Source: Acidobacteriota bacterium (GTDB lineage Bacteria > Acidobacteriota > Aminicenantia > Aminicenantales > Saccharicenantaceae). Taken from it: 64,000 bases of DNA. Where the stretch lies: positions 17,826-81,825 of the forward strand of contig JAQURD010000005.1 of the NCBI GenBank assembly GCA_028749115.1, written 5' to 3'. Position numbers and translations under genes: made by a program. Position 1 is the stretch's first letter, and the number at the start of each line of letters is the position of its first letter. Of this stretch, positions 60,397 to 64,000 are shown piece after piece. Below the pieces are notes generated by a model, which was given only the letters and a program-made list of their open reading frames with translations, was not told the origin of the DNA and made no database searches.

Positions 60397-61617
60397 TTAT
60401 TCATTGAACCAGTCTTTAATTCTCGTCCAGAAACCTTTCTTTTTTTCTCTGGAAAAACCGCGCTCCTGAATCTGGTTATATCCATAAAGAATGAGTCCGA
60501 CCGCAGTTGCATAGTCCGGCGTGCTGGCCCGGTCAATCAGCCCGCCAATATAGTTAGGATCTCCTCGCCTGACGGGCAGATCAAAGATTTCTTCTGCTAC
60601 CTCTTCCAGGCCATCGAGCAGGGCGGTCCCACCAGTTAAAACCAGTCCGGAATTTAAAGATTTTTCATAACCCATTCTTTTTATATCGCCATCAACCAGC
60701 CTGAATATTTCCTCAGCCCTTGGCTGGATAATATCAGCTAAAATCTGCCGGGAGAGAAGCCGGGATTTTCTGCTTCTGCCCACAGTTGGAACTTCAATTG
60801 TTTCCTGCTCTTCAGCTACCGGCAGGGCTACACAACCATATTTCTTTTTAATTTTTTCTGCTTCAGGTATTGGTGTTCTGAGGCCGACAGCGATATCATT
60901 GGTAAAATTATCTCCTCCAAGGGGAATAGTTGAGGTATACCAGAGTGAACCGCGTTCAAAGATAGCTACCTCTGTGGTTCCAGCCCCCAGATCTATTAAA
61001 CCCACGCCAAGTTCCCTTTCATCCTGAGTTAAAGTGGCGTAACTGGTGGCAATCTGGTTCAGGACAATTTCATGGATACCAATGTTCGACTTCTCCAGGC
61101 AGCTTTTTAGGTTTTGCAGTGAGGTGATGGCTGAGGTCACGATGTGAACATTGACTTCCAGTTTTATGCCGCTCATCCCGAGAGGATCTTTAATTCCATC
61201 CTGCTCATCAACGATAAATTCCTGGGGAATAATATGGATAATTTCCCGGTCAGGAGGAATAGACAGGGCTCTGGCCTGATCAACTACCCGTTTTATGTCC
61301 TCTTTGGAAATTTCTCTGTTTTTACCTGAGACAGCCACCACTCCCCGGCTATTAAAACTCTTAATATGAGCTCCAGAAATGCCCACATAAGCTGAATCTA
61401 TTTCTACTCCTGCCATAAGTTCAGCTTCTTCCTGAGCTTTTTTGATGGCCGAGATGGTTTGATCCAGGTTGACCACCACCCCCTTGCGAATACCTCTCGA
61501 TTCGGCCATACCGATGCCAATAATCTCGACTTTCTGCTCTTCATTAATTTCCCCGATAATGGCCACTATTTTTTTAGTGCCAATATCAAGGCCAACCAGA
61601 TAATTGTTCCTGGCCAT
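60397..61617 (-). CDS. ftsA: Cell division protein FtsA
   Basis: Actin-like fold: …[16 protein letters not shown]… N-terminus and a C-terminal amphipathic tail (…[14 protein letters not shown]). Lies between ftsQ and ftsZ. Confidence 0.9.
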   Translation of the reverse strand: MARNNYLVGLDIGTKKIVAIIGEINEEQKVEIIGIGMAESRGIRKGVVVNLDQTISAIKKAQEEAELMAGVEIDSAYVGISGAHIKSFNSRGVVAVSGKNREISKEDIKRVVDQARALSIPPDREIIHIIPQEFIVDEQDGIKDPLGMSGIKLEVNVHIVTSAITSLQNLKSCLEKSNIGIHEIVLNQIATSYATLTQDERELGVGLIDLGAGTTEVAIFERGSLWYTSTIPLGGDNFTNDIAVGLRTPIPEAEKIKKKYGCVALPVAEEQETIEVPTVGRSRKSRLLSRQILADIIQPRAEEIFRLVDGDIKRMGYEKSLNSGLVLTGGTALLDGLEEVAEEIFDLPVRRGDPNYIGGLIDRASTPDYATAVGLILYGYNQIQERGFSREKKKGFWTRIKDWFNE

Positions 61618-62490
61618 TTAACTTACCTCCTTTTCCCTGTCAGAGGCCTTTTCCGCCTGTAAATTCAGGGGCTTAAGATAAATACGATCGGCTAATCTGA
61701 GATCGACATATTCGACCGGGCCAAATTGTTCCGCCCAGGAGTTTATGCTGGAAAGATAATAAGTCAGATTTTCAGCCAGGTTGGCTTCATCTGCCATGAT
61801 TTTGACGGGCTGGCCGGCCAATTGAATTTCCAGAGATTCATAATCAATAAGTTTGATGGTTCTGATTCTGGCTCTTAAAGCTGGTTCGAGCTGGCCAAGA
61901 GCCCGGCAGACGGCGAGCACTTTTTCCGGATAATACTGCCACCAATTCCCTCCATCTTCGAAAATGGGCCACGTTTCATCAGGAGGCTCAGAATAAGAAG
62001 CAATGATGACACCTTCCTCGTCTATTAGCTGATAATTTTTTTGATGGACATATAATCTGGGCATCCTGGGAAAAGCTTCGACTTTGAGGACCGAGGGCAA
62101 GATTTTTTCCAATCTGACGTCTTTTACACCTGGCAGGCGGTTTAGAATCAATCTTAAATAGTTCAGATCGCAAACGAGAATATTACCAGGTTTTTGCTGA
62201 CTCAGGTAATTTTCTATTTCCTGTTTGACCAGCGGGCTGGCTGAAATGACTTCCACTTCTTTTATTTCCAGCGCCTGGCAGGAAATCGCATAATAGTAAA
62301 TTCCAGCCAGGCCAACAAAAAAAATGGTCACCAGGCTGAAAGCTAAAATGATATGTTTTAGAGTAATAACTTTTTTTGAACTTCTGGCCCTCAGTCCGGA
62401 TTCCTGGTGGGAACGGTGAAAAGCCTGGCCATCTGCCTGAAAAGAGGAAAAGAGCGGCCGGTTAGGAAAATATCTATTTTCAACGGCCAT
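61618..62490 (-). CDS. ftsQ: Cell division protein FtsQ/DivIB
   Basis: One transmembrane segment followed by a POTRA domain. Its position between murC and ftsA supports the call. Confidence 0.7.
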   Translation of the reverse strand: MAVENRYFPNRPLFSSFQADGQAFHRSHQESGLRARSSKKVITLKHIILAFSLVTIFFVGLAGIYYYAISCQALEIKEVEVISASPLVKQEIENYLSQQKPGNILVCDLNYLRLILNRLPGVKDVRLEKILPSVLKVEAFPRMPRLYVHQKNYQLIDEEGVIIASYSEPPDETWPIFEDGGNWWQYYPEKVLAVCRALGQLEPALRARIRTIKLIDYESLEIQLAGQPVKIMADEANLAENLTYYLSSINSWAEQFGPVEYVDLRLADRIYLKPLNLQAEKASDREKEVS

Positions 62491-63880
62491 TTTTCTTCTC
62501 CTCGTCTAAAATTTTAATAACTTCCGGGATGAGGCGATTAACATTACCAGCCCCAAGGACAAGAAGCATATCACCGGGCTGCAACTTTTCTGCCAGCCTG
62601 GCTGGTAACTGAGACAGCTCTGGTTCAAACCAGATGTTGGCCCGACCGGTTTTTTTAATTTCTTCAAAAAGGGTCCGGCCGTTTACTCCTGGTATGGGTT
62701 TCTCTCCGGCAGCATAAATTTCAGTGATGAAAAGCAAATCTGCCTGATAGAAGGCCGTGGCGAAATCCATCTTGAGCCTGGCCAGGCGGGAAAAACGATG
62801 AGGTTGAAAAACTACCACCAGCCGCCGCTGCCAGCCATTCCTGGCTGCTTGCAGGGTAGCTTTAATCTCGGTTGGGTGATGGGCATAATCTTCTATAATC
62901 ATGATCTCATTGACCACTTTTTTTAATTCAAAGCGGCGGCCAGTTCCGGTGTAATTTTTGAGGGCTTTGGTGATTGTTTTCATATCTAGATCAAGATCCA
63001 GACCGACGGCCACGGCGGCCAGGGCATTAAGAATATTGTGCTGACCGGGGACATTAAGTTTCAGCCGGCCAGCTTTCCGGCCATAGACATAAAGAGTTGA
63101 ATAACTTGAAAACCGGTCAAATTCGAAGTCTCTGGCCTGGATGTCGGCCTCGCGGGAAAAACCATAAGTTATAATTTTCCTCTCGATTTGAGGGATAATA
63201 CTCTGTAAATGGGGATCATCAAGGCAAAGTATGACCGGACAATAAAAAGGAACTTTATTGGCAAAATGAACAAATGTTTTTTTAATTTCATCTAGAGTTT
63301 CGTACTGGTCAAGATGTTCGGCATCAATGTTAGTTAGAATAGCAATAAACGGAGAAAGATAAAGGAATGACCGGTCGCTTTCATCAGCTTCGGCCACGAT
63401 GAAATCACCCTCGCCAAGTTTGGCATTGGAGCCAATGGTATTTAATCTTCCGCCAACAATGATAGTTGGATCATACCCGCCGGCTTCCAGCACCTGGGCA
63501 GTCATGGAGGTGGTAGTAGTTTTCCCATGGGCGCCAGCTACGGCAATCCCATATTTCATGCGCATTAATTCGGCCAGCATTTCAGCTCTCGGTATAACAG
63601 GTATCTTCAGGGCTTTAGCCCGGGCCACCTCAACATTGTCTTCATGGACTGCAGAGGAGATGACCACCACGTCAGCTTTTTTCAGATTATCAGCAGAGTG
63701 CCCGAGAAAAATTTGGGCTCCCAATTTTTTTAATCTGCTGGTTGCTTCATTTTCCTGAAGATCAGATCCTGAGACTTGATAACCAAGATTAAGCAAGACC
63801 TCGGCTATGCCGCACATGCCGGTCCCACCGATGCCGATCATATGAATCCTGTTCAGCTTCCGGTAGCCTCTTTTAACCAC
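62480..63880 (-). CDS. murC: UDP-N-acetylmuramate--L-alanine ligase
   Basis: …HMIGIGGTGMCGIAE… and Mur ligase central/C-terminal motifs (…AVAGAHGKTTTTSM…). The GTG start at 63880 overlaps the murG stop (TAGTG). Confidence 0.9.
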   Translation of the reverse strand: MVKRGYRKLNRIHMIGIGGTGMCGIAEVLLNLGYQVSGSDLQENEATSRLKKLGAQIFLGHSADNLKKADVVVISSAVHEDNVEVARAKALKIPVIPRAEMLAELMRMKYGIAVAGAHGKTTTTSMTAQVLEAGGYDPTIIVGGRLNTIGSNAKLGEGDFIVAEADESDRSFLYLSPFIAILTNIDAEHLDQYETLDEIKKTFVHFANKVPFYCPVILCLDDPHLQSIIPQIERKIITYGFSREADIQARDFEFDRFSSYSTLYVYGRKAGRLKLNVPGQHNILNALAAVAVGLDLDLDMKTITKALKNYTGTGRRFELKKVVNEIMIIEDYAHHPTEIKATLQAARNGWQRRLVVVFQPHRFSRLARLKMDFATAFYQADLLFITEIYAAGEKPIPGVNGRTLFEEIKKTGRANIWFEPELSQLPARLAEKLQPGDMLLVLGAGNVNRLIPEVIKILDEEKKNGR

Positions 63881-64000
63881 TAACTTCTCCTTTCTCCTGC
63901 CTTGATCATGTCGAGAGCCAGCCTGGCTATCCGGCTGGCGCTATCTGCCTGTCTTAGCTTCTTCAGATTTTCTTCCATCTGGCCGAGAAGGCTCTTGTTA
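63880..64000 (-). CDS. murG: UDP-N-acetylglucosamine--N-acetylmuramyl-(pentapeptide) pyrophosphoryl-undecaprenol N-acetylglucosamine transferase MurG, C-terminal 40 codons only
   Basis: Manual translation of the reverse complement gives …NKSLLGQMEENLKKLRQADSASRIARLALDMIKAGERRS*. The stop overlaps the murC start. The family assignment rests mainly on synteny, since murG-murC is the conserved dcw order. Confidence 0.5.
   Translation of the reverse strand, partial: NKSLLGQMEENLKKLRQADSASRIARLALDMIKAGERRS

Overview
This is a gene-dense bacterial chromosomal segment of roughly 47-48% GC, with 57 coding or RNA features called and no CRISPR array, IS element or prophage visible. No single striking new system is evident; the leads most worth checking are four.

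(1) A four-gene block at 47.2-49.9 kb: ECF sigma factor, zinc-finger anti-sigma factor and two secreted proteins with paralogous C-terminal domains, ending in a clean rho-independent terminator.
(2) A 602-aa secreted orphan protein at 44768-46576.
(3) An MglA-type small GTPase with a roughly 90-aa low-complexity tail and no MglB partner.
(4) A 104-aa hyper-acidic protein whose 3' end overlaps the Ser-rich extension of mutS in antisense.

The main content, in order:
- A secreted glycoside-hydrolase pair at the 5' end: a partial GH3 beta-glucosidase and a GH2 beta-galactosidase.
- hslVU, translationally coupled to a lipoprotein gene.
- A fumarylacetoacetate-hydrolase-family gene and a transaldolase.
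- An outer-membrane biogenesis module: TamB-like, Omp85/BamA, then a SurA-like chaperone.
- fabD, convergent with pgsA.
- mutS, clpB, a FadL-family porin and tRNA-Phe(GAA).
- An operon of a DUF465-like protein (domain of unknown function), an Asd paralog, yicC, gmk, coaBC, a family-4 uracil-DNA glycosylase and priA.
- A minus-strand coaD-pilMNOPQ-lipoprotein operon (type IV pilus alignment complex and secretin).
- Phosphoglucomutase with ftsB, convergent with sppA.
- A small RRM RNA-binding protein (RNA recognition motif).
- An isocitrate/isopropylmalate dehydrogenase homolog, tsaB-rimI, truA and a TIGR00725/LOG-like protein (Lonely Guy family).
- A YifB/ComM ATPase and an amino-acid permease.
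- The distal dcw cluster, which carries cell-division and cell-wall genes: murG (partial)-murC-ftsQ-ftsA-ftsZ. Unusually, it continues into a hutI-like amidohydrolase.

All calls rest on the supplied ORF translations, recall of family motifs, and manual inspection of start codons and ribosome-binding sites. Nothing was searched against a database.
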